Both the position numbers and the translations under genes were made by a program. This document shows, piece by piece, positions 39,320 to 51,255 of a stretch of DNA of 64,000 bases. A model generated the notes under the pieces. It was not told the DNA's origin and did not search any database. It saw only the letters and a program-made list of their open reading frames with translations. The stretch's first letter is position 1; every line of letters starts with the position of its first letter. The stretch lies in the IMG/VR virus record IMGVR_UViG_3300031957_002643, positions 62,001-126,000 of that record. One strand, written 5' to 3'.

Positions 39320-39579
39320 TCATATGTATAGTCGTTCTGGCTCATGAATGATCGAACATGAATAAACACATTCGCCCAATGTGATTCATCCGCGTCTTCA
39401 CGTGATACCAATGCATACACTTTTAGTTTTTCATTGTAATAGATAGTGAACTTGACAGAACCGTTGACTGCTTCTTTGTCGCTGGCCATCCAGTTCTTTC
39501 CTTTGGTGAACATCGAATCCTTTGCCTTATAGGGCATTCTTTTTTGCATGTCCCGATAGGCATCATGATCGTTTTTCAT
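39289..39579 (-). CDS. hypothetical protein
   Basis: 96-aa ORF, ATGA overlap with the upstream gene. Confidence 0.6.
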   Translation of the reverse strand: MKNDHDAYRDMQKRMPYKAKDSMFTKGKNWMASDKEAVNGSVKFTIYYNEKLKVYALVSREDADESHWANVFIHVRSFMSQNDYTYDQSVLRSSSS

Positions 39580-39899
39580 TTTATTGCTTCGGCCTCATCA
39601 ACAATATTGTATCCAGCATTAGACATCTTCGTCTTAATTTTATTCATCGTTCTATCCCACGAATCTTCACCAAGTTCATCTGATATAAGCTTTACAAAAT
39701 ATATCTTGTAGTTGGTTTCAAAAACTACGGAAAATTTAATCATTCCACCATGAAGGGTTTTATTCAACTGAAACCAATCATTTCCTTTCTTGAATTTTTC
39801 ACCGCTTATTCTAATCGGCTCGTCATTTCTATTGGTCTGATCTATTTCGAAACCAGTTTCATTTAATATTGAACTAATTTGTTGTTTCACATTTTTCAT
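39576..39899 (-). CDS. hypothetical protein
   Basis: 107-aa ORF coupled to the fibre gene. Confidence 0.6.
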   Translation of the reverse strand: MKNVKQQISSILNETGFEIDQTNRNDEPIRISGEKFKKGNDWFQLNKTLHGGMIKFSVVFETNYKIYFVKLISDELGEDSWDRTMNKIKTKMSNAGYNIVDEAEAIK

Positions 39900-39900
39900 T

Positions 39901-42900
39901 TCATTTCACCTTTTTGTATTCCACCTCTAATTTGTCTACATCTTTTCTCTCTGCAAACACATGATAGAAGAAATCCCAATTCTTGATTAGATTCTTGCTC
40001 TTTATATAGACCCTATTGTTTTCGATCTTCTCGACATAAATGTCTTGTGCCTTGCCCATTGGTGTTAGTGAAACAGTGATACTATCCGCATCAACTAGTT
40101 CGATCCAATAATCTGGAAGCTCGATTACATGTGACTTTGAGCGACCACGAACATAGACGCCATTTTCTGGTCCTTCCAATGAACCATATCTTAATTTGTA
40201 GTTCTCTTTGGTCGGGTGATCAATAACGAATGATTTTTGAGTTGCATTCAGTGCGCCCGTGATCGTAATACCGGTGCTGTCTACTTCTGCAATGTTCGTG
40301 CTATTAATGATTAGATACAAGGTGTTATCTGCACCTTGGCCAATACCTGTGACCGGATTTGACCTATTCGGAACAAGTGTTGGATTGGTTGATGATGGTG
40401 TCTCGTTAAGAAGTGCCGGGCCTTTTGTTGCCTGCATTTCGAAGCCAGCGGCGGACAAAATTGCCACCGAAGAACCATCAATAGCCATTCCTAAATTGCC
40501 TGTTGCGGCATAAAAACCAGTATCAGGATGATCCTGTAGCGAAACCCCCGGAGCAGCAGCCGATCCATCAGATGCTAGAATTTGACCAGCAACACCAATT
40601 TTTCCAATGAACCAAGAATTCTCTTGAACTTCAAGATTACCAGTCTTGGTCACTACGTTACTATATGATCCGGCACTGCCACGGATTTCGAGAACGTCAG
40701 TATTTGTCCAATATCCGGTTCTCGTGTCATCACCAGTATTATCATACGTGAATACTGCCGGATCATCGATCATACCAATAGTTGAACCAAACCTTGGTGA
40801 GATAGAGTAATTCGTGATGATGGTGTCAGTTATAATGTTGGCACCCTCAATACCATCAACCGTATCGGCATCTATGCCATTGCCGGAACCTTCGTCTCCA
40901 ACAGTTAGAATTCTACTGCTGGAAACAAATGCTTGACCCGTTGAGGTATTCACTTCAAAAATAGAAGTATCGGCTGAATCAGTTACTTTGAATAATGTAT
41001 CTGCTGCATTCTTTACAAGTATATTTCCATTATTTTGAATTAGAAGATCGTCGCCCGTTGTTCTCTTGATGAAGGCATCGGTTGCTGGAACAGAGCTTTT
41101 GAACACCAAGCTCACATCGTTTGCAAAATTCTTGTTTGCTGTTACATCATTACCAGTGGCATCCAATTGGAAATATCGAGCATCATTGTAGTCTCTATTG
41201 CCAACATGGGTCCCGGCAGACGGGTTCGTTGATGCTGTGATCGCTGCTGTGAATGAAGCTGTACCAGTGACATTCAATGCACCGCCGATGTCTAGGCGAT
41301 CTTTGAATTCCCAATATCCAAGATCAGCATCATACGTGAAATCGCGAGTAGGCTGATATGTTCCACCATCGTATGGTGTCATTGCAAATCTATGTTCGGC
41401 ATCGTCATGAAGGAAGCGAATTGTCCCCTCATTCGCACCGAAATAAAGGATGACACCCGTATCAATATTTGAAGTAGCATCCGTTCTCACGAATTGGGAT
41501 GCGTGAATACTATCAACCGTGTCAGCATCGATACCATTACCAGAACCTTCGTCATTTGTCGTCAGGATACGATAATAATTTGATCCATCATTTGTGAGAG
41601 ACCAATAATCAGATGTCTCATTCCACAATACTGAAACATTTGCAGATGTACCGCGTTCTACTTCAATACCAGCATCTTGTGATGGCGTGCCAGCTTCGTC
41701 AGAATTCAAGACAATGATGTTGTCGCCAATTTCCACAGTGTTAGAATTGACAGTTGTCGTAGTTCCTTGAACTGTCAAATTACCAGCAACAGTAACCCCT
41801 GTCCCGTTCACAGTGAGTGCAGCAGTTCCATCACTCCTGATGATTGTTTCAGAACGACCAATTTCCAAAACAGTTGCAGCAGTATCACCAGAATTTTCAG
41901 CTTGGATCAATAATTTACCAAGATGATTTCGGTTGATCATATAAGTGTTGTTGTCACCGGAATCATAATAGATGGAGAAATCCGTATCATCACCAAAGCT
42001 CAACTGGTTGTCATCGTAATATGTGTGTGATGCTTCAATTGCTGAAAATGAAATACGACTGACTAGATCAGACCCATCGATCCCATCCAAAGTATCAGCA
42101 TCAATACCATTACCTGATCCATAATCGGCAGTCGTTACAATTCCAAGATCGCTCTTAAGATTTGTGAATGATCTCTTTCTCGCAGTTCCACCTGTTGAAA
42201 AATCTGAAAACAAGAAGAGGTCTTGTACGGTTGCAGCCTGATCCGTGATTTCCGATGGATCAAATGACAGCGTGAAGTTTTGATTTAGTTGTCCAGAACC
42301 GATACTAGCAGCCAAACCGAGACCCGGTGTGATGGTTCTGGTTGACGGAACACTGTTGGTGTTTCTCGCTACCGGTGAAACAACAAGATCAGTAATTGTT
42401 CCTGTTGAAAGATTGGTTGACCACACGTAAACGTAATTCGTTGCGGTTTCATTCACCAAGGATGCTGATGCGAAGAAAATTCTCCACTGATTGGAACCAT
42501 CACCATTGAAAGCTCCAAGGTTAGTTGCTGTGATGGCTGAAGTACCAACTGCAAGATTGACACTCGAACCCATTCCAGTGTGATTGATTAGGATTTCTAC
42601 ACCATCAGCCGTATCACTTTGAACCGGATCGAATGCGAACGAGATTGCACCCGTTACTGTCGTCTGTGTTGGAACCGCATATGAACCACTAAATGATGCA
42701 ATGACCGCATCATTACCTGCTGGACCGGTTGGACCTGTAGCACCGGCAACACCATCACTTCCTGCTGGACCGGTTGGACCGGTTGGGCCTTGAGCACCGT
42801 CATTACCTGCTGGTCCCGTTGGTCCTGTCGCCCCTGTCGCACCATCATCACCGACAATAGAAGTCGCTGCGCCCCACGCGCCTGCGGTCTTAGGTCCATA

Positions 42901-45663
42901 TAGATCATAAGTGTCTGTATCTAAATAGAAATCACCATCCACACCATCAGCAACATCATCTGGTGCGCCAGAACCATTGAGCACGGTTCTACCATCCACA
43001 CCATCATTACCTGCTGGACCAGCAATGCCCTGTGGTCCAATTGGACCGGTTGGACCGGTTGGACCCTCAGCACCGGTTGGACCGGTTGGGCCAGTTGGAC
43101 CCTGAATACCTTGTTCGCCCTGAGCGCCCTGAACTCCTGCTGGACCGGTTGGGCCAGTTGGACCTTGAGCGCCCTGCGGACCAGTTGGACCCTGAATACC
43201 TTGTTCACCCTGAATACCTTGGATGCCTTGAATGCCCTGCGGACCGGTTGGACCGGTTGGTCCTTGGATGCCTTGTTCGCCTTGTGGACCGGTTGGACCG
43301 GTTGGGCCGGTTGGACCCGGAAGTCCTGAAGATGAGACGTTTAGAATTTGAATGGCATCATCAGCATCTTTAAAGTAGATATTGCCATCTTTATAGTTCA
43401 AGAACAGCTCACCATAGGCCAGATCACCAGCCGCAGGCTGAACACCCTGCAAGCCGCTGCTCTTGACGGTAATAAGCATGTCATCACCATCAGCAATCAA
43501 CCCATCAAGTGATAGACTTGCCTGATTGGTAGTTGCCAGATCACCAAGTTCCAATGCAGTTCTAGCATCTGCCGCAGTAGCGGTTCCTGCTAGAGTTCGA
43601 CCAAAAGCTTTCAAGTCATACAAGGCGGCAGTATTAAGTGCAGTGGTGTATATTGCTTTATCGGCGGCAGTTGTAAGCCCGGAAATACTTTGCAGCAATG
43701 CGCTGTATGCTTGAACATCTGAACCAATAGCAACACCAAGATTAGTTCTTGCTGAATTTTTATTAGACAAATCGTCAAGGTTTAATGATGCTGTCAGTTT
43801 TCCTGCAAGAGAATTGGTAATGGTCGTTGCAAAGTTTGGATCATCACCCAACGCAGCAGCAAGTTCATTTAGTGTATCTAATGCAGATGGTGCACCACCT
43901 AACAGATTGGAAATTGCCGTGGAAACAAATGCGGTTGTTGCAAGTTGATCTGTATTAGTACCAGCTAAAGCTGTTGGTGCTTCAGGCTCGCCTGTGAAAA
44001 CGGGAGTATCCAGTCTGGCAATAGAAGATGGAATATCACCATCTACCAATGTTGTACCAGATGATACACGTCCATATGAGTCAACCGCAACTTTGGTATA
44101 TGTTCCCGGTGTACCAATTGTTGGAAGATCGCCTGATTGAAGTGCTGCACCCGCAGTAACAATACCACGGTCGTTAACAGTTACCTTGCCATAGGTGCCA
44201 GCAGAAACGCCAGATGCAGGAAGATCAGAATTTGAAAGCGTTGTCGCGCTCGTTACGATACCTTTGACGTTGACAGTTAACTTTGTGTATGTGCCAGCGG
44301 TGACACCGGAATCTGGAAGTCCTTCATTATCCAACGCCTGACCATCGGTAACACGTCCATATTGGTCAACGGTCAATGAATTATAGGTGCCCGGTGTAAC
44401 AATACTTGGAAGCAGTGTTGCATCGAATGATTGTGCAGCCGTAATGATACCTTTGTCGTTAACAGTGACCGCACCATATGTTCCCGGCGTGACTCCTGAA
44501 ACTGGCAAGTCTGAATTGACAAGCTGTCCCGCACTCACAGCACGACCAGTTGTATCCAATTCGATTTTTGTGTAGGTTCCAGCAGAAAGACCAACAATAG
44601 TTGGGAAATCCGCAGTTTCAAGAGAACTAGTTCCGGTAACAATACCTTTTGAATTGACGACCAGTTTTGCATACGTTCCCGGCGTGACTCCTGAATCTGG
44701 AAGATCAGAATTGATTAAAGTGGTTCCAGCAGTTGCCCTACCATATGTGTCAACAGTGAGCTTGGTATATGTTCCGGCAGAAATTGCTGTTGGCGGCAAG
44801 TCACTGTCTTGAATATTAGCAACGGCAGTAATGATACCTTTATTGTTTACGGTGACTTTAGAATATGTACCCGGTGTAATAGCTTGTGCGGCAATCGCAA
44901 TGTCATAACTTGAACCAGCACCATTATCCAACAGATCGAAGTCAGCAGAAAAATTAATGCTTCTTTCGTTATTGAGCGTTGCGGTATTTCCAATCGTGAG
45001 AACAGGAATATCAATGAACGGATCAGTGATATTTTTGACCCATTCAGTCGTTGGAACAACCCTACTATCTTCACCAGCCGCAGGCGTGTCCGTTAAAATG
45101 AGTGTTGAATCAATACTATCGTCAAAGGTTTTGTTGCCTCTGATAAACTGATCTCCAACAAGTGCGACAAATCCTTCAGTTAAGGCTTCAGCCGGGTCCT
45201 TGTTCACCCAATTGGATGAAAGCGCGTCATAAACAAGAAGTTGCTTATCCCCAAGGGAAGTCAGATTGGTATCCGCAGCATCAGCGATAGATGCGGCTGG
45301 ACCCGCAGGACCGGCTGGACCCTGAATACCTTGTTCACCCTGATCACCCTGATCACCTGTTGGACCCAACAGGCTTGAAATGAAAACCCATTCACCATTC
45401 ACTCGGTAAAAAATTTCACCGGTTGACTTCTTTAGGTAATAATCGTCCTCATTGCCGACATTTGGATCAGGATCGGTATCACCATTGTACCATTTGGATG
45501 CAAGGTATGGATTTTGGGCACGAAGATAAATTGGAGGAAGATCAGGAAATGAAATCTTGGTACCAGCATTTTCGCCATCTCTGATATACTCGATGGTCAT
45601 ATCCTCGATGGAAAATGATGTGGAAGTTGTTCCTAATGTATTCGTTAAACGTGATTTAGTCAT
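39901..45663 (-). CDS. giant tail fibre (1920 aa) with collagen-like and [13 protein letters not shown] repeats
   Basis: Nine GTY-type repeats of about 33 aa, [27 protein letters not shown] tracts, C-terminal KSFVIDHP...GSLEGPE domain. Confidence 0.88.
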   Translation of the reverse strand: MTKSRLTNTLGTTSTSFSIEDMTIEYIRDGENAGTKISFPDLPPIYLRAQNPYLASKWYNGDTDPDPNVGNEDDYYLKKSTGEIFYRVNGEWVFISSLLGPTGDQGDQGEQGIQGPAGPAGPAASIADAADTNLTSLGDKQLLVYDALSSNWVNKDPAEALTEGFVALVGDQFIRGNKTFDDSIDSTLILTDTPAAGEDSRVVPTTEWVKNITDPFIDIPVLTIGNTATLNNERSINFSADFDLLDNGAGSSYDIAIAAQAITPGTYSKVTVNNKGIITAVANIQDSDLPPTAISAGTYTKLTVDTYGRATAGTTLINSDLPDSGVTPGTYAKLVVNSKGIVTGTSSLETADFPTIVGLSAGTYTKIELDTTGRAVSAGQLVNSDLPVSGVTPGTYGAVTVNDKGIITAAQSFDATLLPSIVTPGTYNSLTVDQYGRVTDGQALDNEGLPDSGVTAGTYTKLTVNVKGIVTSATTLSNSDLPASGVSAGTYGKVTVNDRGIVTAGAALQSGDLPTIGTPGTYTKVAVDSYGRVSSGTTLVDGDIPSSIARLDTPVFTGEPEAPTALAGTNTDQLATTAFVSTAISNLLGGAPSALDTLNELAAALGDDPNFATTITNSLAGKLTASLNLDDLSNKNSARTNLGVAIGSDVQAYSALLQSISGLTTAADKAIYTTALNTAALYDLKAFGRTLAGTATAADARTALELGDLATTNQASLSLDGLIADGDDMLITVKSSGLQGVQPAAGDLAYGELFLNYKDGNIYFKDADDAIQILNVSSSGLPGPTGPTGPTGPQGEQGIQGPTGPTGPQGIQGIQGIQGEQGIQGPTGPQGAQGPTGPTGPAGVQGAQGEQGIQGPTGPTGPTGAEGPTGPTGPIGPQGIAGPAGNDGVDGRTVLNGSGAPDDVADGVDGDFYLDTDTYDLYGPKTAGAWGAATSIVGDDGATGATGPTGPAGNDGAQGPTGPTGPAGSDGVAGATGPTGPAGNDAVIASFSGSYAVPTQTTVTGAISFAFDPVQSDTADGVEILINHTGMGSSVNLAVGTSAITATNLGAFNGDGSNQWRIFFASASLVNETATNYVYVWSTNLSTGTITDLVVSPVARNTNSVPSTRTITPGLGLAASIGSGQLNQNFTLSFDPSEITDQAATVQDLFLFSDFSTGGTARKRSFTNLKSDLGIVTTADYGSGNGIDADTLDGIDGSDLVSRISFSAIEASHTYYDDNQLSFGDDTDFSIYYDSGDNNTYMINRNHLGKLLIQAENSGDTAATVLEIGRSETIIRSDGTAALTVNGTGVTVAGNLTVQGTTTTVNSNTVEIGDNIIVLNSDEAGTPSQDAGIEVERGTSANVSVLWNETSDYWSLTNDGSNYYRILTTNDEGSGNGIDADTVDSIHASQFVRTDATSNIDTGVILYFGANEGTIRFLHDDAEHRFAMTPYDGGTYQPTRDFTYDADLGYWEFKDRLDIGGALNVTGTASFTAAITASTNPSAGTHVGNRDYNDARYFQLDATGNDVTANKNFANDVSLVFKSSVPATDAFIKRTTGDDLLIQNNGNILVKNAADTLFKVTDSADTSIFEVNTSTGQAFVSSSRILTVGDEGSGNGIDADTVDGIEGANIITDTIITNYSISPRFGSTIGMIDDPAVFTYDNTGDDTRTGYWTNTDVLEIRGSAGSYSNVVTKTGNLEVQENSWFIGKIGVAGQILASDGSAAAPGVSLQDHPDTGFYAATGNLGMAIDGSSVAILSAAGFEMQATKGPALLNETPSSTNPTLVPNRSNPVTGIGQGADNTLYLIINSTNIAEVDSTGITITGALNATQKSFVIDHPTKENYKLRYGSLEGPENGVYVRGRSKSHVIELPDYWIELVDADSITVSLTPMGKAQDIYVEKIENNRVYIKSKNLIKNWDFFYHVFAERKDVDKLEVEYKKVK
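42720..43320 (-). repeat. collagen-coding tandem repeats (GPTGPT/GIQG)
   Basis: Repeated ggaccggtt 9-mers inside the fibre gene. Confidence 0.9.
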
Positions 45664-45711
45664 GTGCCAAACATTTTGCTGTTCAGATATTTATTGAACT
45701 AAGAGCAAATG

Positions 45712-46230
45712 TCAGTCGATTGAAATGACTATTCCATTTTGAATTGATATGGACTTACCGTCAGCAGTTTGAAAGCTACCGTTAATTCCCGAACCAATGT
45801 CCAATCCGGGCGCTCCTTGTGGTCCCTGTGGACCAATTGGACCAGTTGCACCTACGGGTCCTTGAATGCCTTGAAGTCCACGTGGTCCTTCTGGTCCATC
45901 CAAACCAATTCCAACTGGACCAACTGGTCCAGTTGGACCCATTGGTCCACCCATGAAACCTTCATTGTTCCAGTCCCCGATATTATCTTTCTGATAGAAT
46001 TGGCTTGTTTGTTTATCAAGATACAAATCGCCAGAATTGCCCTTGGAGTAATCTGGTGGACCGGAACCAATATGCCATTGTGTCGCCACCATTGGCTGGT
46101 CAAACCGAATTTTCACATCTTGTTTGTTTGGATATTTGAAAACAATTTGCTCACCATCTGTCGTGATGGTGAGTTTTCCTATTTTGAATGTTGGGCTTGT
46201 CGTGCCGGAAATACTAGAATTTGCGCTCAT
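45712..46230 (-). CDS. short collagen-like fibre protein
   Basis: G-X-Y tract; N-terminus paralogous to the downstream fibre. Confidence 0.8.
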   Translation of the reverse strand: MSANSSISGTTSPTFKIGKLTITTDGEQIVFKYPNKQDVKIRFDQPMVATQWHIGSGPPDYSKGNSGDLYLDKQTSQFYQKDNIGDWNNEGFMGGPMGPTGPVGPVGIGLDGPEGPRGLQGIQGPVGATGPIGPQGPQGAPGLDIGSGINGSFQTADGKSISIQNGIVISID

Positions 46231-46238
46231 GCAAATAT

Positions 46239-46541
46239 TTAGAGATATCCATGTACCGAAAGGTTAGATTTGCCGTCGAATGCGGAATCAATTATATTAG
46301 CAGTCGTACTCAAATCTGTGCGCTTAACTTCGATCACCGCATATGCAGCATTCTCTTTAGTTCTGCCGTTATATTCATAGTTTTCCAATATTCCAAGTTC
46401 ATCCAATTCACGTCTAACAGCAGTCAGTTTCTTGCGGTCTTCATTGCTTTCACTGGTGACGTAAATTCTACGTGTGTTGTCTTCCAGATACAATGAAAGT
46501 GAATCGATCTGGATATCATCAAACATTTCTTTACTGCTCAT
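46239..46541 (-). CDS. hypothetical protein
   Basis: Likely start MSSKEM, overlapping the upstream gene end. Confidence 0.6.
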   Translation of the reverse strand: MSSKEMFDDIQIDSLSLYLEDNTRRIYVTSESNEDRKKLTAVRRELDELGILENYEYNGRTKENAAYAVIEVKRTDLSTTANIIDSAFDGKSNLSVHGYL

Positions 46542-46800
46542 CTTTCTTTCCCTTAGTTTTCTCTTCCAGTTTGTCCACACCTAAATCGAATTTTCTAAAA
46601 TTGTTGCTCTTAATCGAATTGAAAAATCTCTTCTTAAGATCGTCAGCCGTTTCCTTATCACAATTTTGCTCAATATCGATCATCAACTTTTTGACAGCAG
46701 TGAACACACGTTCTCCGTGAGTTCGCAAGCGAACCGGATAAGATTTAGGTGGAACATAGTTTTCCAGTTCTTGTAATAAGGAATGTTTTTTCTCGGCCAT
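46531..46800 (-). CDS. small hypothetical late protein
   Basis: SLLQELE...LKKRFFNSIKS..F.KF; preceded by TAAATA-N5-ATG. Confidence 0.7.
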   Translation of the reverse strand: MAEKKHSLLQELENYVPPKSYPVRLRTHGERVFTAVKKLMIDIEQNCDKETADDLKKRFFNSIKSNNFRKFDLGVDKLEEKTKGKKDEQ

Positions 46801-46861
46801 GGAGATATTTATTTGTCCTAGTGTGGATTTTATTGTTTTGGATCATATTTCCACCGAATGA

Positions 46862-47374
46862 CTAACTCTCAAGCGTAATAAATGGTTTTGCTCGTGTCAG
46901 TGCTTCGGTAACAATGGTATCCGCTATAGCCCCATATGCTGGTTCACAGAACCAATATCCTGAAATTCTCGGACGGTTCCCCAATTTTGGAAAACCACGA
47001 GAAAATTCCGAAATCAGAAAAGCCATATCTCTACCAGTTGCAAGTTTGAACTGTCCAATCGCCGCATTCAAATAGGTCCGACCATCGCCTTTGGTCTTGC
47101 TATAATTCCAAGGCTTTTTGTTGAAACCATAAATGTCTTCTTCTATGTCAAAATAGAAATAACTCTTCCCATCATGAAAGTCCGCACAGGTGCCCGGTTT
47201 CATCTTCCGATCTTGGGCGACGAGAATGGCTTCTCTGGAATCGACAAATTTGTAAGTTGGCGCAACAGAATCTTTCCCTTGTCTACACAAATACCCATTC
47301 TTATCAGATCGAACCAATCGACCAACAATGCCCTGTTCGAAAGTTGCCACGAAAATTTTCGGTTTACTGCCCAT
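46862..47374 (-). CDS. hypothetical protein
   Basis: 170-aa ORF overlapping the helicase end. Confidence 0.65.
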   Translation of the reverse strand: MGSKPKIFVATFEQGIVGRLVRSDKNGYLCRQGKDSVAPTYKFVDSREAILVAQDRKMKPGTCADFHDGKSYFYFDIEEDIYGFNKKPWNYSKTKGDGRTYLNAAIGQFKLATGRDMAFLISEFSRGFPKLGNRPRISGYWFCEPAYGAIADTIVTEALTRAKPFITLES

Positions 47375-48728
47375 CTTCTTTCTCTTGTCTTTGTTTTAGA
47401 AGGCGTCTCACTTCACCAATCTTATCGCTCTGGAAGTTAATCTTCTTCTTTTTGTCTTGTGTTGGTGCACTCTTCTTATAGAACCACTCTTTTTGTTCAT
47501 CTGATGCATCATACATTCTCATAGTATCAACATCATAGCCCAAACACAACACCTTACCAACACCGGAACTGGCACGAGTTTTCAAAAACTGAATTCTATA
47601 CAACCCGTGTTCTTTCAAACTTGCATTTGTTGCCAAAGTCGCCACCACGTCTGCGGTATTGATTTTGGAAATACCACCAGCGATGTGTGCTTGGCTGTGT
47701 TCCTTTTGACCTTCGGCCAGAGAATTCACCGCTTCACGGTTCAACTGTGATGCCGTCCAGCAGTGATAATTTTTCTCGCCCATCAAAGAACGAAGCTGCT
47801 CGGTGACCATTTTGTCCTTAGTGAAATGGTCACTCATGCTGATATTTGTATCATTTGGCGCAACAAGGTCGAGATAATCGACCACCACCAAATCAAATTT
47901 CACACCAAGCTTTAGTTCCAACTCGTTAAGATAGGCTTCAATGTCTTGCACCTTCGATTGCGGCGGAAGGTATTTGACAACAAGTAGCCCTGTTTCTCTT
48001 GAATACTCTTTAACCTTTAGTGATGTTTCTTCCATGTTCCGCATCACGTCTTGTGCGGTAAAACCGGAAACCATCTGATCAAAACGCTTACAAACATAGG
48101 CCTCTGACAGTTCGAGAGAAATGTAGACAACGTTTTTGCCGCGCTCGATCCAGTTCATAGCCAAATTGGCGAGGAAGAACGATTTACCACCACCAGAGTT
48201 AGCAGCAACAATGTTGATACCACCAAGCATCGTTCCGCCAAACAAGGCGTCATCGATATCCTTGAAACCGGTGGCCTGAAGGTCTTTGACTGCCATGCTT
48301 TTCAATCGTTCAAGAGGATTTTCAGCATAGATTGTTCCAAGGTCACGATGAAGCGAAAGCAATACAGCTTCTTTGATAGGATCAACAACCCCACCATAAT
48401 TCTCGCTCATGATATGGTCAGCAGCATCCGTGATCGCCTTGATGGTGGCATGCAACCGGCAATGTTTTTCTACTTCATCGCACGTCCAATCGAATTTACG
48501 CTCTGCGTCTTCGGGTTTTTGGAGTTCTACGCCCGTCTCGGCTTCAATCTGTTGAACACTTGGAATGTCATGGTATTTCTCATTGTAGTTGATCAAATAC
48601 TTGATGATCGGAGCATGTTCCTTCATGAAGTATTCTGGTTTAATGACCGTCTTGCACAATGAGAATGCCAATGGACTGGCAACCATGTATTCAATCAGGT
48701 TCTTTTCAATTTGTTCGTTATTCTTCAT
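47364..48728 (-). CDS. replicative DnaB-like helicase (T4 gp41-like)
   Basis: ANSGGGKS, YISLEL, VVVDYLDL, WTASQLNR; start MKNNEQ after GAGG. Confidence 0.93.
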   Translation of the reverse strand: MKNNEQIEKNLIEYMVASPLAFSLCKTVIKPEYFMKEHAPIIKYLINYNEKYHDIPSVQQIEAETGVELQKPEDAERKFDWTCDEVEKHCRLHATIKAITDAADHIMSENYGGVVDPIKEAVLLSLHRDLGTIYAENPLERLKSMAVKDLQATGFKDIDDALFGGTMLGGINIVAANSGGGKSFFLANLAMNWIERGKNVVYISLELSEAYVCKRFDQMVSGFTAQDVMRNMEETSLKVKEYSRETGLLVVKYLPPQSKVQDIEAYLNELELKLGVKFDLVVVDYLDLVAPNDTNISMSDHFTKDKMVTEQLRSLMGEKNYHCWTASQLNREAVNSLAEGQKEHSQAHIAGGISKINTADVVATLATNASLKEHGLYRIQFLKTRASSGVGKVLCLGYDVDTMRMYDASDEQKEWFYKKSAPTQDKKKKINFQSDKIGEVRRLLKQRQEKEDGQ

Positions 48729-48729
48729 C

Positions 48730-49719
48730 TTATCCTCGCATCGCTTCTCTAGCGGATACAAGGACACGGGCCTTCGTATAGTTCTGATGACAATTGTTTA
48801 CGATATCTTCAATCGTATACAATCTACCGTATCTATTAACTGCTTGCATTGCGTCCTTAATGTCATAGTCCCAATCGGGCGTGGAAATAAACCATTGATT
48901 TTCTTCAGTTATATCGATCAAATTACTTCCATCGCTTTCTTGATCAGGTACAACAATTATCTGTTTACCACTCAAATTTAATAGATTGATCTGCTTCTTA
49001 GTTAGCTTCGTCCCCTTGGAACTAACACCATCCAGAGCAATCCCATCCAGACACCCTTCCGCTAAAATTACGGCACGGCCATCCTTGTCCAATGTATCTT
49101 GCCGGAATAGATAGTCGGGTGGTGATTTTTGAAACATCTTGGTTTTGCCTTTGATGGCTCTTCCAAGATACCCAACGACCTGTCCGTAATTGAAGAATGG
49201 TATAATCAAACAGGATGGCAAAGTGCGAGACCAATAAAAATCGTAAGAGCCTACGACTTCTTCGGATCGGCCAATCGCATAATTCAATACATCTAGATAA
49301 CGTTTATCTTCCAGCACATCATCTGGTGGATTTAGAAGAGGAAAAGAATCTTCAGGCAAATCCATTTTTGGAAAATGTCGGATGATCTGCGGTTCGTCAT
49401 CACTCTTCTTCTCGATTGACTGCTTGAACAGCATATCAAGGGGAAGGTCTTTCAGATTACCGCCTAGAAGCTGATACAAGCGCCGTGGACGGCCACCAAG
49501 ACCATTTCCCGGTTCCCATCCTGTCGGCTGATCATTGAAGTCACAGCCGCCATTTCTGCAAGTGTATCGAAATCCACCAGATGGTGTCTCCATGAAAGCA
49601 CCACGACCACGACTGTCGCCACAAGATGGACAATCGAAAGTCAACCAACCTGTGCCGGTCGATTTATGTGATGGCAGAACATCAAGGAAAGACTGTAATA
49701 TTTGCTGGTCTCTATTCAT
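48730..49719 (-). CDS. DNA primase (T4 gp61-like)
   Basis: Zinc finger CPSC...CRNGGC, TOPRIM AEGCLD, PDQESDG, IKD. Confidence 0.88.
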   Translation of the reverse strand: MNRDQQILQSFLDVLPSHKSTGTGWLTFDCPSCGDSRGRGAFMETPSGGFRYTCRNGGCDFNDQPTGWEPGNGLGGRPRRLYQLLGGNLKDLPLDMLFKQSIEKKSDDEPQIIRHFPKMDLPEDSFPLLNPPDDVLEDKRYLDVLNYAIGRSEEVVGSYDFYWSRTLPSCLIIPFFNYGQVVGYLGRAIKGKTKMFQKSPPDYLFRQDTLDKDGRAVILAEGCLDGIALDGVSSKGTKLTKKQINLLNLSGKQIIVVPDQESDGSNLIDITEENQWFISTPDWDYDIKDAMQAVNRYGRLYTIEDIVNNCHQNYTKARVLVSAREAMRG

Positions 49720-49751
49720 GAAGAAATGAGTACTCTAGTATAAATAGATTC

Positions 49752-50270
49752 ATGGATAGCCAACTCACCAAGCCAGCGCTTCACAATGTATTATATGACA
49801 TTCCAAGGTTTGTCGTAGGTGCACCCGGATCGCAACACAGATCGTCTAATGGCGATATGAAGCTTCATGCTGGAATTGCACAGCCACTAGATTTTCGTTT
49901 TATGACTAAGGACGGTGTTCCTTTGAATCTAACGAATTTTGATCTCTATTTGATCTTCTGGACTAATAATCGTTTCGATATGGATTATGGTCCTAATGGT
50001 TATACCCTTGATAACATTGATGATATTTCATTGCGCAAATCTCTGGATTTGATTGAAGCCTATGAGGGATCAGCTTCGACTCTTTTGACAAATGAAGATA
50101 CCGAGAAGCTTGCACGTGATGCCCGCAACAATTCTATGCGTTGGGGGTTGTTCATGGTTAACAGTGACAAGCAGGTATTTGCCATGTCTGTTACTCAAAC
50201 TGGTGATGTTTCTGGCAGCGTGATCATTAATACTGGTGATGTTCCTCCATACGAAATGATTATTGGATAA
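49752..50270 (+). CDS. late hypothetical protein, possibly structural
   Basis: TATAAATA-N5-ATG; beta-rich. Confidence 0.7.
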   Translation: MDSQLTKPALHNVLYDIPRFVVGAPGSQHRSSNGDMKLHAGIAQPLDFRFMTKDGVPLNLTNFDLYLIFWTNNRFDMDYGPNGYTLDNIDDISLRKSLDLIEAYEGSASTLLTNEDTEKLARDARNNSMRWGLFMVNSDKQVFAMSVTQTGDVSGSVIINTGDVPPYEMIIG

Positions 50271-50273
50271 CCT

Positions 50274-50669
50274 ATGGCCTCTGAAATTGATGAAACTGAA
50301 ATCGATACATTGATCGATACATACCCTTTCCTGTCGGCCATTTCTTATAGAGAAGAATGGTTCGTGGGGATTATTCAAAACATCGAGAACCAATTTGTGT
50401 GGTTCTATGATCTTCAAAAACTAAAGACGCCTGATGAAAAGAGGCGGTTCTTAGAATACGGCAGCGAATGGCATTCGTTCTCGAATATGGAAATCCCAAT
50501 CGAGATGTTTATCGGAGACCGTTTCGAAGAATTCCAGCATTCATTGCGTGGTTTTGCTCGAAAGCAGGTTGAAGACATTCGTGGACATCAAGTCAATCTC
50601 AGTGAAACCTTTGAACGCCGGATCAAGAAAAAGAAAATTGATCTTGTCATCATCGAAGAGTCTGAATGA
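50274..50669 (+). CDS. hypothetical protein
   Basis: YPFLS...VGIIQN...FLEYGSEW...IPIEMF. Confidence 0.7.
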   Translation: MASEIDETEIDTLIDTYPFLSAISYREEWFVGIIQNIENQFVWFYDLQKLKTPDEKRRFLEYGSEWHSFSNMEIPIEMFIGDRFEEFQHSLRGFARKQVEDIRGHQVNLSETFERRIKKKKIDLVIIEESE

Positions 50670-51255
50670 CACCAGCTTCAATCATTGATTTGAGTTGAAC
50701 GGTGATCATCATGGCGAATGCAATAGCGTGAGACTTTTTGAATGTGTATTGATCTCCGTCATTGCGTTTCCAGATGTTGTCCTTGACGATATCCCACTCT
50801 TCACCAATCAAATGTCTTTTGCCCGGTCGAATTATTGCGATCAGGCACGCCAGTTCGTCTATGTTTTTTGGTTCATAGGCTTGAAGAATTTCGAAATGAC
50901 CATTGATGTGTTGGAGCTTTTGAACCACCTCTTCTCGATACAGGAGAGACCAGTCCATTTCTCTTTCTAATAGTTCATCCATGTGTTTCGGTGATCGCAC
51001 GTGTTCATATGCTGTGTTCGGAATCATGTCGATTTTGTAGAACCCCATCAGGTCCGCAATATCGTCAGATTTTTTGCCAGATGGAAAAACAGCTAGACCA
51101 CTAATTGGATCGACTGGCATTTTTTGACAGAAGATACCAGTTGGGTGTTTGCGCAGTTCTCCATCTTGAACCATTGACGCTTTTACAAAGGTCAAACCGG
51201 ACAGTGCTTTGTTTCTATCAGCTACGTCAATGTCGATATCTGGAAGATCGATCAT
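50650..51255 (-). CDS. miniature DNA polymerase III alpha (DnaE)-like protein
   Basis: PDIDID, KHPTG, YKIDMI, LACLIAIIRPG, YTFKKSHAIAF. Confidence 0.85.
   Translation of the reverse strand: MIDLPDIDIDVADRNKALSGLTFVKASMVQDGELRKHPTGIFCQKMPVDPISGLAVFPSGKKSDDIADLMGFYKIDMIPNTAYEHVRSPKHMDELLEREMDWSLLYREEVVQKLQHINGHFEILQAYEPKNIDELACLIAIIRPGKRHLIGEEWDIVKDNIWKRNDGDQYTFKKSHAIAFAMMITVQLKSMIEAGVIQTLR

Noticed and set aside
42720-44900. Tandem DNA repeats as a second array or a diversity-generating retroelement
   Set aside because: In-frame collagen and GTY protein repeats; no reverse transcriptase or adenine-specific TR/VR pair seen.
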